A stretch of 63,965 nt of DNA, counting the filler, from Piptocephalis cylindrospora (Eukaryota): the NCBI GenBank assembly GCA_003614145.1. It is 4 parts of 4 records of this genome, joined end to end, with 100 filler letters (N's around TTAATTAATTAA, not from the genome) between each part and the next. Parts side by side here need not be neighbours in the genome. Positions count along the whole stretch, not along the records: positions 32,121 to 48,062 come from KZ987879.1; positions 48,163 to 63,965 come from KZ987882.1; 2 more parts are not named here. One strand, given 5' to 3'. Both the position numbers and the translations under genes were made by a program. Positions 47,095 through 59,521 of the stretch are shown here, one piece after another (positions within the stretch are counted from its first letter, which is position 1; each line of letters opens with the position of its first letter). The notes beneath the pieces are model-generated. The model worked only from the letters and a program-made list of their open reading frames with translations, made no database searches and had not been told where the DNA came from.

Positions 47095-47634
47095 GGGAGT
47101 GATAGCAATGGAGGGGGAGGAAGAAGAAGAAAGAAAGATGTTATGAGTGACATGGGACAGTGCCAAGATACGATAGGGATCCCATTTCTACTTGGCTAGG
47201 TTCTCAGGCGACGGACTTGACGGAGTTTGGAAATTACAGAGCTGTGTCGCTCATAGGGAGAAGGGGTCGGGTTTCAGTGTGAGTATTGGGGAATGGGGAG
47301 ATGGTAATGATAAGGAAATGTATGGGCGAGGATGCGAACCTGGCTTGAAGGCAAGGCAATAGGGATGATTGACTGATTAAAAACATCAGGTAACAGCGAC
47401 AGCAGCAGTAACAACTATGACCGCCGTATTGGAAAAAGAGAATCAAGAAGGGTAAAGCGAGTATTGAATACACAGAGAAAGAGGCGAATAGGAGATAAGA
47501 TGGAGCGCTCGTACCTCTTGATGATTCCATCCATCCATCCTAGAATGGAGGAAAAAGAGACGCACTTCTCCCTCAGCCCTCACACATACGGCACACACGC
47601 AACTACGCAACACATGATGATCAAGAGGAGACGA

Positions 47635-48062
47635 CTAGTAATTGTAGGATTCGCGGGTAAAAGCCTGGTCAGTGATGAAGGCAATGAGGACCTTGCTCCC
47701 AGTCTGGAGGAGGGGATGACCGGCGACCACCTGCAAGAACCTCTCGAGACCTTCCCGACGAGTCTCGATGACCTCGTCGGAGAAGCGGTTGGTAAAGACC
47801 TTTCCGGGGAGCGGAGGAATGTTGACACGGGAAGACTCCCGTTCAAGGATGTCGCGTAGCCATTCAAAGTCCGAGTAGCGTCGACGGACAGTGGACTGGG
47901 TGACCTTGAAAGCGGGGATGTTGGTGGAGCAGATAATCTCATAATCCGTGAACATCTTTCGGCCAAATCCATGGGTCAACGGGTTCCTCACCTCAATTTC
48001 GAGAAAGTTCTCTGGGACTCCATAGATCTCATCCATGGTCTGTTCCTTAAGATTGAGGCGGG
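47635..48062 (-). CDS. SNX3: Sorting nexin 3 (PX domain), 5' end truncated by the gap
   Basis: [22 protein letters not shown]...[10 protein letters not shown]...[19 protein letters not shown]...[12 protein letters not shown]. Confidence 0.95.
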
Positions 48063-48162
48063 NNNNNNNNNNNNNNNNNNNNNNNNNNNNNNNNNNNNNN
48101 NNNNNNTTAATTAATTAANNNNNNNNNNNNNNNNNNNNNNNNNNNNNNNNNNNNNNNNNNNN
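48063..48162. other. Assembly gap with TTAATTAATTAA linker
   Basis: 100-nt N block with linker at 48107-48118. Confidence 0.95.
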
Positions 48163-49530
48163 CAGTTCCTCGTGTACTCTCCCCTCCCCCACCCTCGCCA
48201 TGGTGGGCTGCTGAGGCCGGGCTCAGAGCTGAGGAAGTCCCAGCTCCTTCCTCCCCTTCAGCGCCATCTCTACCCGGCCTAGCTAAACCGGCCGACAGAG
48301 CCGAGGACCTATTACCCGGGATGGGGAGGGATGGTTTGAGGAGACCATTGGCCTCCTTGACGGCCAGCCTAGATTTGTAACCCATTTCATTCATCTTTTT
48401 CTGGGCCGGAGAGGCCCGTTCAATGGCAAATTCCAAGGAACCAAAGGTACGGATCTGACGGGAGCGTTCCAGGGCGGGGAAGTCATCATCGACTTCCCCG
48501 TCATCCTCGACGATTCGTAGGTTCCAACACACAACCCCATAGGATTCCAGATCGAGTAGGGGCTGCCTCTTTTCATCCACATACATGTACATGGCAAAGC
48601 CGATGATATCTTCGACAATAGCGTCGCCTTTAACGAGAACGGACATGGGAAGATCGGGCTCTTCAGAGTGGGGGAAGAACATGCGAAGCTCCAAAGCATT
48701 CGGATCGCCCTTACCGCTGACAATGCCAAATTCAGCGGCCAGAGGATTACTTAGTACACTCTTGCGCTTGTTGATTGCAGCGGTGAGGATATATACATTC
48801 CTCTTTCTCTGGACCCTAGGGGCTGACAGGAGTGGAGAAATGGGCGGAGCAGGAAGACTTTCAGTGTGAGCACCGGTCTGCGGGGGAGGGGTCCCCGGGG
48901 GGAGATCCCGCTGGGCCGCGGGCATAAAATGAATTTGAGGAACGTGTTTTATCCTTTCCTGGGCCTCCTCTTGATCTCTTCCGTCCTCGGAAGCAGCAGC
49001 TCTGAGATCTTCCATAGAGGTGATGATAGAAGGGAATGGAGGAGCCTTGATGCGAGAACGCCCTCGTTCCTCTTCGGCCATCCTTGGAGATGCATTCGAG
49101 CGATTACCCCCGGCCTCTCCCCCCTCACCACCCTCCCCCTCATCCAGGCCCTGGATCTCGGATACCCGACGCTGAACTTCCCTGGCCTCCTCAAGAATGT
49201 CATCCTCGGCCTGCAGGGAATCCAGACTATCGGACCGGCCGGGTCTCGAGGCCGTCGTAACCTGCAGGGTGGGGGGTAAAGGCTTTCTCTTTGCAAAGAG
49301 TGACTGTTGGTACTGACTGCAGAGATACAATGAGTGACTGGACAGGCCCCCTCTCCTCTCGCACTCCATCCCACATCTGGACGTACCGAGTGCCCCCATC
49401 CCCAAAGCCATTTTCATCATCGGTTTCTCCTCCAGTCCGATCGCTCCCGGCATGGGACTGGGACCCATCAAGACGGGCGATGAGGACCTGACCGGGATGC
49501 CGATTCCTACTGGATTCTGAAGCATGGCTG
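48163..49530 (-). CDS. SIN1: TORC2 subunit Sin1/Avo1, middle (CRIM) portion; partial and inverted relative to the rest of the gene
   Basis: NPLAAEFGIVSGKGD...LRMFFPHS...VEDIIGFAMYMY...WNLRIVEDDGEVDDDFPALER matches the Sin1 CRIM domain. Intron at about 49318-49385. Confidence 0.9.
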
Positions 49531-49588
49531 GCGAGAAAAAGTTATATATCCGGTAGGTGAGCGACTCATCTCTTCCATTCACTCTAGT

Positions 49589-50488
49589 GGGAGATATTTT
49601 GACGTCAAATCATCCACCTCCTGGACATCCCACTCAACCCCATCATCAAAGACACCAGAGTCATGGAGGGGAGGGGAGTACATCGGGTGGGGGTGCAGGT
49701 CATACTGGAGGTGTCATTGCCGTTCCTCCACTGGCCAGTCCAGCGTCCCTTCCTGAAGTCACCCTGCCCCCAGCTGGGCCCAGCCTTCCTGGTGGTCTTC
49801 CCAGTGAGTACAATCAGGGCTACCGAAGATTCACCGTCACCCGTAAAATTCCCATGTTGATGGGTAGGCACGAAAGGGTCCTTGCCATTGATGGCGATTA
49901 CCTACACATCATGCCCTCGGAGCATCGAAGCATGTTTGATTCCGGAGCCAAGACGGTATGACTTTCTTTTTTGATGTCCAAACGGGCCATGAACATTTAA
50001 GCTTACCACTCTCTCTTTCAGGTATCCTACCATATCAGTTCGGTGGTGAATTGCAAGCAAAACAAAAAGATCCCCATCAAATTCAAATTGGTTCTTTTCC
50101 GCGATCGGGATATGAAGTCGTATGACTTTGACGGGGCTACAGAGCAAGAGACTAGTAAGTGATGTCCTCTTGCGGGACGTGTGTGCGTGAAGGGCTTGTC
50201 TAACAGTCTTTTGGTCTTCATATAGCGGACATTTGCGCCCGAATCAACTTCCTCGTCAAGGCGTACCAGGACGAAGGGGCCATGATGTCAGCTTCCGGTC
50301 GCCCTGGACCTGGATTGACGGGTATGATGGCCTCCTTGGGCACAGGGACAGGAGGTGGTGGTGGAGGTGGCGGAGGGGCTAGTGGGGCAGGAGGTGGATT
50401 GGGCATGGGGGCCTCGGTAGTTCAGGCCTCTGCTGGATACGTGTTGATCCGACGAGGTGATGATGATTATGAGTTACTGTGGACTTGA
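49589..50488 (+). CDS. SIN1: TORC2 subunit Sin1/Avo1, C-terminal PH-domain exons
   Basis: YRRFTVTRKIPMLMGRHERVLAIDGDYLHIMP...KT|VSYHISSVVNCKQ...FKLV...YDFDG...|DICARINFL. Introns 49956-50021 and about 50155-50225. Confidence 0.9.
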
Positions 50489-50589
50489 TTTCTTTTAAGA
50501 AAATAGGGAAGACTGATAATGTACTTGACTGTCCAACATTTATGAGATATAAAGTGTGCGTATGTATAGAGAACCAGGGTCAATGACAC

Positions 50590-51926
50590 TCATTCTCCCT
50601 CTGCAAGAAGATCCTTCAAAGTGGAAAGATCAAGGGTACGAGCAAGATTAGCCCGATGAATAATGCAATCGGCATCGGCGTACCCAAGAATAGAACGAAA
50701 TTCAGTGGAGTGATGGCCGATAACACGCTCCACTTCGTTGCTGGCGTAGTTAACGATACCCCGGGCCACCTCGAGGTCCCGATCGGCCCAGATGACACGG
50801 ACACCCTGAACGGCAACATATTGACCCTGGGACTGGGTAATACCCGTGGCGAAGAGACTGCTCTTATTCTGAATGAGGGCCTTGACGGCTCCAGTATCGA
50901 TGAAGATGGATCCATAAGAATGAAGTCCATGGTGAATCCACCACTTTCGATCCCCAAGCAATCTGGACTTTGCGGGAAATAGGGTATATGGGCATGGATG
51001 GGGAAGGGAGGGATCCTGGGAGGAGTAGAGATAATCGATGATGGAGAGGATACGATGAGGGGCACTTCCTAAGGAGATGATGGTACTGACGCCAGCGGCC
51101 GTAGCCAGATCGGCGGCGACGAGCTTGGTGGTCATTCCACCGGTGCCTAGGGTACTTCCGGAGGTCTCAGTGGATACTTTATCCCCAATGGAAGCGATGT
51201 CTTCAACAGTACGAACGATTTGGGCATCAGGGTTGGTACGTGGATTATCAGTGTAGAGGGCATCAACATCGGTAAGAAGGAAGAGGACATCAGCATCGAT
51301 CATGCCTGCCACTAGACCGGATAGGGTATCATTATCGCCGAATCGGATGCCGGTGACGGAAATGGTATCATTTTCATTAACGATTGGGATGACATCCATG
51401 TCAAGGAGAGCAGAGAAGGTACCACAGGCATTTTGGTATTGGGCTCGCTGTTGAAAGGAGGGAGGGAGGCGGGAAGGGAGAGGGAAATCTAAGAGAGGCT
51501 ATACAATAAAGCAAAAGAGGGTAGAATACGTACCTCGGCAATGTCACTACGCGTGAGAAGGACTTGAGCTATGGGAATGGAAAAGAGCTTGAACAGGTCA
51601 TCATAGAGAGAGAGAAGCCGACCTTGGCCAACGGCAGCCACAGCCTGCTTTCTCGACATTTCACTGGGCTTTTCCTTGAGGTTGAGCTGACGAAGACCGG
51701 TTCCAACAGCCCCACTGGAAACCAGAACGACACGATGACCCAGATTGCGAAGGTTAACGACCGTCTCGACAATCCCAGAGAGGACAGCGAGTCTTGGGGT
51801 ATAGGTGAGCTCATCACAGATGGATGAAGTGCCTAGCTTAAGGACAATGGTGAGAGGGGAGGAACTAGTGTGGTCCCTGTGCCTTGCGTTGACCGAGACC
51901 GGTCTGGAGATGGGGTCCTTTTGCAT
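50590..51926 (-). CDS. PRO1: Glutamate 5-kinase with PUA domain
   Basis: IVLKLGTSS, LVSSGAV, AAVGQ, QVLLT, PIVNENDT, FGDNDTLS, LLTDVDALY, GTGGMTTK. Intron at about 51449-51533. Confidence 0.96.
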
Positions 51927-53216
51927 TCGGGATGGGATGGGAAAATAGAGATGTAGTGGAAATAGGAATGGAGATGGAGAATCGCACCCATCTCCGACAT
52001 GAGCTTACCCCCACTGGTCGGCAGAACTCTTTTTTTTTCTCCGCAGTGTGACCGCAGGGATAAGTGTGACAAGCTGTACAGGAGGCTCGATCGCTTTGAC
52101 CTGTCGACTTGTCCTATGCTAATGCGCCTTTTTCCAATGCAGAACACTATGCATCCTCTCATAAAAAATCGACTTTAGGGTAAAAGTTGGGGGTAAACAA
52201 TGCCTAGCTGCCCTCAGAGAACAACATAATGAGTGATGCCAGATCATGTAACCTTCAGATCACTATGAGGAGATCGTTCCAATTGCAAATGAAATGTCTG
52301 AGATATGGATAGTCTAAAGCCGCCTGTCGTATCAATCATAGTTTAGTTTACATCGCCTCATGAAGGATTCAATCATGATGGCATTGTAATTTCAGGCAAT
52401 TAATGTCTGGGCATTAGGAAAGCGGTCTTCCGGAGCATATTGTAACGACTGGGAAGTCGCTGTGCCTTCCGCGTGAAAGGAATGCCTGTGGGAAGCCCCA
52501 GAAACAAAGGACAAGGACCAAAGTAAGAAAGGACTCCTCATGATCATAACAAAAGAGTCGACAGCACAAGGATACCCTAGCATGACCCTAAATATAGAGA
52601 ATCACCCGCCTGGGTGATCCTCTATAAAATACTGGGCTTTCGACTGACATTCCCAATACATTGAAAGATTAAGCCACTTTACATCTGAATTCAACCCCTC
52701 ACCCGTTTATACCCACCCACTAAACCATACCCCTAACAATATGATGTCTGTATATGCGATGTGTGATATGTATTCTCGTAAGGAAGTATCAAATAGTTTA
52801 GAAGACATTTACAATATAGACTCCGAGCCTAAAGCGGTCTAATGACGGGATGTATACTTGAGAAAGACTTACTCTAAAGGCGCGATGATCTAGGATGAAC
52901 GTAGGAATGCATTTAGGATAATGAGAAAAAGTGAGCGCTCTTACCCTTTAATGCTCATCTTTCCGTTTCTCCCTTCTACCCTTCACCCCTAGTCCCCTAT
53001 GGCTCGCGTGGTTAAATCATTGAGATGACTATAATTCTATGAGGTAACTATACTTTTGATATCCATTGTAATCCTCGCTCCCGACATCATGAGATATCAA
53101 CCCCAAGGAAATGACAGAGGATGTATTGAAAGAGGAATCAAGGGACAGAGAACCACACATATATCATCTTATGCACCCAAAAGGCTCGTGGAGCAAGGTG
53201 AGGACGATTACCAGTC

Positions 53217-54230
53217 TCAGTGACGATTGCGATTGCGATACATATATGGTTCAATAGTTTTGGACGCCTCCGTAGTGACAGATATCATAGCGTTTAGCGC
53301 ATCACCATGTAAAATCCGTGCAGGACTATCAAGGGATTTAATGGCTGCAGCGTAACGAGAGTCCTCACCAAGTTTTGGATGCTGAGCCATTGAAATTAAT
53401 TCAAGGAATTTAAGATTCCTCTGGAAATTAGCACTGTCGAAACGTGGTACATCATCTGAGTGCCGAGTCACGATAGGTACTTTCACAGCAACTAGCCAGC
53501 CCTGAAGGATTTTGATGGCGAGGGGATCATCTTTGGAAGCTCTGGCATCTTTAAGTGAAGAACGTCTTTGGATGACTTCTTGCAGAAAATTGGTAATCCG
53601 CAGCATGTGATAAGCGCGAGGGATATCGACAAGGAGCCTCTCGAAGGGCCGTAAGTGGTCATACATCTGGACATCGACATGCTCCCTGGCCACGGCAGCA
53701 TACTCTTTCGCATCAGTAAAGTCCTTCTTGAACAGGCTGACGAGAGATTCAACATGGCTTTTGATGGGGTTTTTGGCAAACCTATGAGTCCTTTCCCATT
53801 CATCATCAGTTTTGGGCTCAACCACCTTCATGGCCTCGATAAAATCGGGCAGAGCAACCGCGGAGCGATGGAGATTGTTCATAACCTCGAGGGCATATTC
53901 TTGATGGGAAGGCTTGAGGTAAAGCTCAATTCTGAGCTTTTTAAGATGCCTGATCCCAGTTTCGAGCTGACTGTAGACTTTAAAGAGGGCCTCATCATAA
54001 GCTTTTCTATCCGTAGTTTTCTTCACGGAAGCAAGCACTAGTGTCTTGACATCCTTAGGATGGAAAAGATCAAAATCGCTTTCGGCAGCAGATACCCCAT
54101 GATGCCGGGATGAGCTTGAGGTCGAGTGTGAGGGGGAAGGGGTGGGGGAGTTTCCGGGGAAAGGAGAGGGATGGGCCAAGGAGGAGGTGCTCAGGGCCAG
54201 AAGAAGGGCAGCAATGGGTAGGATCATCAT
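53217..54230 (-). CDS. Secreted orphan protein, predicted mostly helical and Cys-free
   Basis: Signal peptide MMILPIAALLLALSTSSLA, P/S linker, 337-aa intronless ORF, TATA-like element upstream. Confidence 0.75.
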   Translation of the reverse strand: MMILPIAALLLALSTSSLAHPSPFPGNSPTPSPSHSTSSSSRHHGVSAAESDFDLFHPKDVKTLVLASVKKTTDRKAYDEALFKVYSQLETGIRHLKKLRIELYLKPSHQEYALEVMNNLHRSAVALPDFIEAMKVVEPKTDDEWERTHRFAKNPIKSHVESLVSLFKKDFTDAKEYAAVAREHVDVQMYDHLRPFERLLVDIPRAYHMLRITNFLQEVIQRRSSLKDARASKDDPLAIKILQGWLVAVKVPIVTRHSDDVPRFDSANFQRNLKFLELISMAQHPKLGEDSRYAAAIKSLDSPARILHGDALNAMISVTTEASKTIEPYMYRNRNRH

Positions 54231-55013
54231 TTTGGGAGGGGGTAGGAGTGTAGGGGAGTGGGAGAGTAGTGACGTTACGACAGGATGCCCAAGGCAAGTA
54301 GAAGGAGGGCAGCGGCAGACAAGGAGGATTGGGATGAAAGTGAAAAGAGGAGGAAAGTGGGATAGAAGGGGCGAAATGATCTGGGCTTTATAGCTGAGGA
54401 TCTGGCCTTGGCATCGCTCTGCTCCTAGCGTCCGTTGGAGCCAGGGTAAATATTTATACTCTGCTCATGCAAGTCTGCTCGTGTTTGAAGGGTTCCTTTT
54501 GGTGCGCATGCAAAACTCCAATCCGGTAAATGTGGAGAGAAGGATGATTGGCCCTTGGTTATGCATGTCCATGCTTTTGATGCCCCTACAGTTATAGTGA
54601 TAGATCAACGAGCCGGGGAGAAGCGTCCCTCTCGTTGAAAACTCCGCTGGGGTGAATGAGCGAATAAGATCTGAGACCATACGGTAGGACAGTCAAATTG
54701 GAGACCCATCGCGCTCAACAAGGATGAGCTTTGGGTTTATTTCTTTACTCAAAGCCGCAACCATAAAATAAAAGCAGTATCGCTTGATACGATTGGAAAG
54801 AAATCTTCTGGTAACGGAAGTACTATCTATCGTAAAAGTACACCAGTATTTATACCACCATGGACCCTTTTCTTCGTCATTCTTCTTCTGAAAATACATT
54901 CTTGATGAAATAAAATGCGCTAGAAGCGTAGGGACGACACAATCAAGATGAACTAAAGCAATTTTAAATTGATTAATGACTTAGTGTATGACTTAAGCAA
55001 CTACGATATAGAC

Positions 55014-56240
55014 TACACCGGCACACTTTCGATGCAGGACTTTGCAACCTCCATGGCCAACCATTAATACCCAGTAAGTCCATCCTTTGCCTTTAGAACG
55101 GCCTGGATTCTTGAAGGCATGCTGTCAATGAGATTCAGGACTACATCCTGGGGGATCAGATCCCATTCTGATTCCACCCGGGTGCAAAGAACATCGATAT
55201 TAGTGGGGGCCCTCTTGTAGGTGGCTAATTGCCTCTTTAGGTGTCCCCAGAGGTGCTTAATGAGATTCAATCCGAGAGACTGGGAGGGTCATTCCAGGGC
55301 TTGGATCTCATTTGAGGAAAGCCAATTCTGGATCTTGGTAGAGGTATGCTTTGAATCACTATACTTCTAGAAGATGGCTTCCCCTCCACCGTAGCTTCGA
55401 TCATTCAAACGATAGACCTGTTTTTCTAATACATCGCAGTATCCTTCCCTATCCATCCTCCCGTCAATCCTATGTACTCTACCAATACCCTAGACAGACA
55501 CACATGTCCAAATCAGCACACTTTCTCCTTCAAGCTTAAGTGTAGGCACCGTATTCTCGTCATAGATGACTCCTCTAGCCCTTCTCTAACATCACCCAAA
55601 AGTCATCTAAGCCCATACGATTAATCTTGGACTAATCCGTCCAGATGACGCGCCTCCAGTCCTCCTGTGTCCAACTCTGACGCTTCTTCGCAAATTGCAA
55701 GCGGACCAGGTGATATCTACGCTTTAACATTGAAACCTTTCCCGGTTTCCTACCTCTCAATCCTCTCCTTCTAAAGGCACGACGCACTGTCTCAGCGCTA
55801 ACGCCCTCCCCACGATCGGCAGAAATCTGCATTGCGACTCTCCTAGCTGATCCCCTGGATGTTGTAGTAATATTTCGGACGGCCATCCGTTCTTCTCTCG
55901 GGGTTAGAAGCCTTGGACGGCCACCTGGGTTAGGTTTTCCCACCATATCTAACTCCTTACGCTTCCTCACTACCGTAGATGCTCCTATCTTGGTCGAAGC
56001 AGCCACTTGGTGGAGTGATTGGCCCTTCTCCAGGAGCATTTTGATGCGCATAGTTGTTTCTTTTGGTATGGCTTTCATGGTTGAGCGAGCTGAAGGAGAT
56101 CGTGGTATGGGGGGTAATGAAGAGCTCTGATTCTTATACTGATGTTCTTATAAATTGATTCCTAATATGTTAGTTTTTATAGTAATGAGATTAAGAAAAA
56201 TGTATTTCAAGCTGATCCTGTCCCACTACTGTGCCGACAC
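55014..56240 (-). mobile_element. Degenerate Tc1/mariner DNA transposon
   Basis: TA followed by CACCGGCACACTTTCGATGCAGG at the left end. A decayed inverted match cctg-N9-tgtgccg lies at 56217-56236. Contains a transposase pseudogene. Confidence 0.8.
55064..56078 (-). pseudogene. Tc1-like DD(34)E transposase pseudogene
   Basis: HTH region GGRPRLLT...VSAETVRRAF and WRRVIWTD*SKIN. Decayed FQQDNDPKHTS reads F*KYSDSKHTS; decayed WPSQSPDLNPIEHLW reads *PSQSLGLNLIKHLW. Ends LIDSMPSRIQAVLKAKDGLTGY. Multiple stops and a frameshift. Confidence 0.92.
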
Positions 56241-56531
56241 AATTTGTTTTACAACTATTTAATTCCTGAAACAATTTATTTTTCATTTAAAAGTACTTTA
56301 GCTATCACTGATCGTATGGTTCTCGCGCTTCCAGTGTACTTTATTTCATTAAGAATAACTTTCTGTAGGAAGAATAATAAAGAAAAAGGTCCATGAAGGT
56401 AGAAATATCGGCACGCTTTTACGAGGCTGTGTATTTGTGCAGGTAGCATATGTATTAACCGGCTCACTAAAACCTCTCCACATTATTTCTTTCTCCCCCC
56501 TTCTCTTCCTGGCCAACTCACCTTACTTCTC

Positions 56532-57808
56532 ATGACCGATTTTGATAAAAAGCAAGATGCGTACATGGAGCGACCCGCAAGGATCCAGGTACGTTGCTAT
56601 GCAATGGTTTTTTCTTTCCAAAAGTGCTCTCACACGCTCTCCTCGTCTAAGGTGGATCCAGAGACGCTAAGCGGCCCAAATCAGTCCAAGGCTCAACCCC
56701 AGGGAACCACTTACAATATCTGGTACCACAAGTGGGCTGGTGGTGATCGTGGTGATAAGATCAAGTAAGTGGATGTGAGGTTAGGACCTCGCTAGAACCT
56801 TTTTCTTCATGGTATTTAGCTTACACTCGTTCCATCCGCTAGGGAGCGGGCTGAGACAAGGGTGGATATTGATTTAGACAGCGGAAAGACCCGGGGGACA
56901 GATGATAAAAACTCGTACATTTGTGTCTTTTTTGCACGAGGGGCCTGTCCTCATGGGTACGTGAAGACCGACTGGGAGGGCATTGGGGGAGGATGGGGCT
57001 TCAATTCCTGATAATACCCCTTTTCAACCATAGATACCAGTGCAGATTTAGACATCGGTTGCCCAAGCTATCTGATCGCCTTCCCTTTACCAAAGACATC
57101 TTTGGCCGGGATCTATTTGGTCAAACGAGGGATGACATGGGTGGGGTGGGGTCATTCATGAAGGATCATAGCACACTGTACGTAGGGAAACTTCCAACAG
57201 AGGGAAGAACGGCCGGGGTGGTCCGTCGGCACTTTGGAGAGTTTGGACCGATTGAGCGGTTGAACTTTTTGGAAGATCGAGGCGTGGCCTTTGTCCGATA
57301 TGCCCATCGATATTTTGCTGAGTTTGCCAAGGAAGCCATGTCTAATCAGGCTCTGGATGAGCAGGAGATCATTAATGTTCGATGGGCCACCGAGGACCCT
57401 AATCCACGGGCCAGGGCAGATCTGCAAAGGCGACAGGAGGAGATGGCTCGGCAGGCCATTGAGCTCGCCCTCGATGAGGCCGCCAAGGAAAGAAAAGAGT
57501 CTGAGGAGGAAGTGGAGAATCGGAAACGGGCGCTTCTTGAAGCGAATGATGCAGGACAGGATGAAGGAGAGAGAAAAAGGATTAAGGGACCTACGGTGGA
57601 AGATGCTGCTAAGGAGGGAGATGAGCAGGAAGTGAGTGTCCCGACAGACAGCATTTTCTCGACTGAGACCCTTCAATCTCTACACTCCATGGCCTCGAGC
57701 CTTCGTGCAAAACCCGCTTCAGCCTCTGGGAGCGGTAGGACTGAGGTGAAGAGTACCCCGGGTACACTTGTGTCTGCCGGTTATGATGATAGTGATGATG
57801 AGGCTTAA
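56532..57808 (+). CDS. CWC2: Pre-mRNA splicing factor Cwc2 (CCCH zinc finger + RRM), 4 exons
   Basis: RPARIQ|V, GTTYNIWYHKWAGG, DSGKTRG, ICVFFARGACPHG|YQCRFRHRLP, DIFGR...RDDMGGVGSF, TLYVG, EFAKEAM, VRWATEDPNP. Confidence 0.95.
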
Positions 57809-58031
57809 ATGGAAAAGGTGTAATTACCCTGCTTTGTCTTTCCCTGTGCCTTTCATCGTTGATGGCTTATTTTGCAAGGGAGGATAGCCTTCCTTGCTAC
57901 ATATTCCATATAAACCCGTCAACAAGACATTGAGATAGACCTATCAAGCGTCTATTCTCTTCTTACTCCCCCCCTCCCACTGTCCATGTTATTCGTTATC
58001 TCGTTCTCCATCCCTCTCACACATATACTCT

Positions 58032-59219
58032 TCAAGGGGAATCCTCCAACCGAGCCGTCCTAAATGACAGGAGAAATGTAAGTTGTTGATCAGATCTCCC
58101 ATTTACACATTTATCTACAACTTACAGTAACTCATAGCCGGTCTCGGTGACCAGGATGGTGTGCTCAAATTGAGCCGATCGCTTGCCATCGGCGGTGACA
58201 GCGGTCCAGTTATCAGGCCAGTGTTCATCCCTCCAGGTGCCCTCATTGATCATGGGTTCGATGGTAAAGATATGACCGGGCTTGAGGACACCGACAGCCT
58301 TGTTCCGGGCATAGTGGGGTACATCGGGAGCACAATGGAAGTAACGGTGGATACCATGCCCACAGTAGGTTTTAACGACGGAGAATCCCTTGGACCGGGC
58401 GTGCTTATCGATGACCTGACCAAAATCGCGATAGAGAGCCCCGGGCTTGACGAGGGCCAGGGCAGCATCCAAGCACTCTCGGGCATTCTGGACCAATTCC
58501 CGACCCCGTTTATCCACATTACCCACCAAGTAGGTCTCGTTCAGGTCACCGTGGAAACCGCCATGGTAGAGGGTGACGTCAATGTTAAGAATATCCCCAT
58601 CCTCTAGAGGCCTTTGATCGGGGATACCATGACAGATGACCTCGTTGACCGAGGTACAACAAGATTTGGGGAATTTGTGATAGTTGAGCGGGGAGGGGTA
58701 AGCATCACGCTCGATGCAGGCCTCGTGAATGATGCGATCAATCTCATCGGTAGTGATACCAACACGAATGGCTCGCGCACCTATGTCCAGGACCTCCCGG
58801 GCCAAGCGACCCACTTTGCGCATAGCCTCAATTTCATCGGGCTTCATGACTAGGATGGAGCGGCTCGCCTTTTCCTTGGCCTCAGATAGAGGGAAGCCTG
58901 TGTCAGCGTAGTCTGGTCGGGCAATGGTGGGGGGCAGGGCCCGTCGTTCACCAAGGGGGTACTTGGGCCTCAGAGATCCGGTGTACTCAAAACCCGGGAA
59001 GGGGTTGGTGGGGGAAGTGCCGTTATCTGAGGCAGCTCCGGCCCCGACCGACAGATGAACCAATTTGTGGTTTGGCCAATTCTTCTTGAAGCAATCCTGG
59101 GAGCAAAAGAAGGACCCGGGGATGTTCAGCTTGAGGCAGGAGGGGCACTGAAGTTTGGCAGGCTTAGAGCAGTCCAGGCCCTGACACTCCTGATCATTGG
59201 CGATGGTGCTGGAGGACAT
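58032..59219 (-). CDS. MAP1: Methionine aminopeptidase 1
   Basis: N-terminal zinc finger (C-x4-C...QCPSC...[12 protein letters not shown]), [45 protein letters not shown]. The last intron (about 58060-58125) gives the LTARLEDSP* ending. Confidence 0.97.
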
Positions 59220-59521
59220 ATGAGGGAAAAGGGCAGATCTTGCTGGTTCTGTTTTTTTCTTCACCCCAAGGATAGCCAAGCGGACAAAGATGTTTGGAGG
59301 GAAAGAAAGGAGGATGGAGGGGTGGAGGTGGATTAAGCACTGATTGAGCAAACAGAGACGCCACACAAGGAGAAGGACCTATTGTGTGTTTAGGTGACCT
59401 GGCCCAGGAGGAGAGGATGGGGAAAATTGTTGGTGGTTTTCTCGGGTGATTATGCTGATATGTCAAGGTTCACGTCCTTTACAAGACTGACCAGGCTTGA
59501 TGTAATAACAAGGGAGATACC

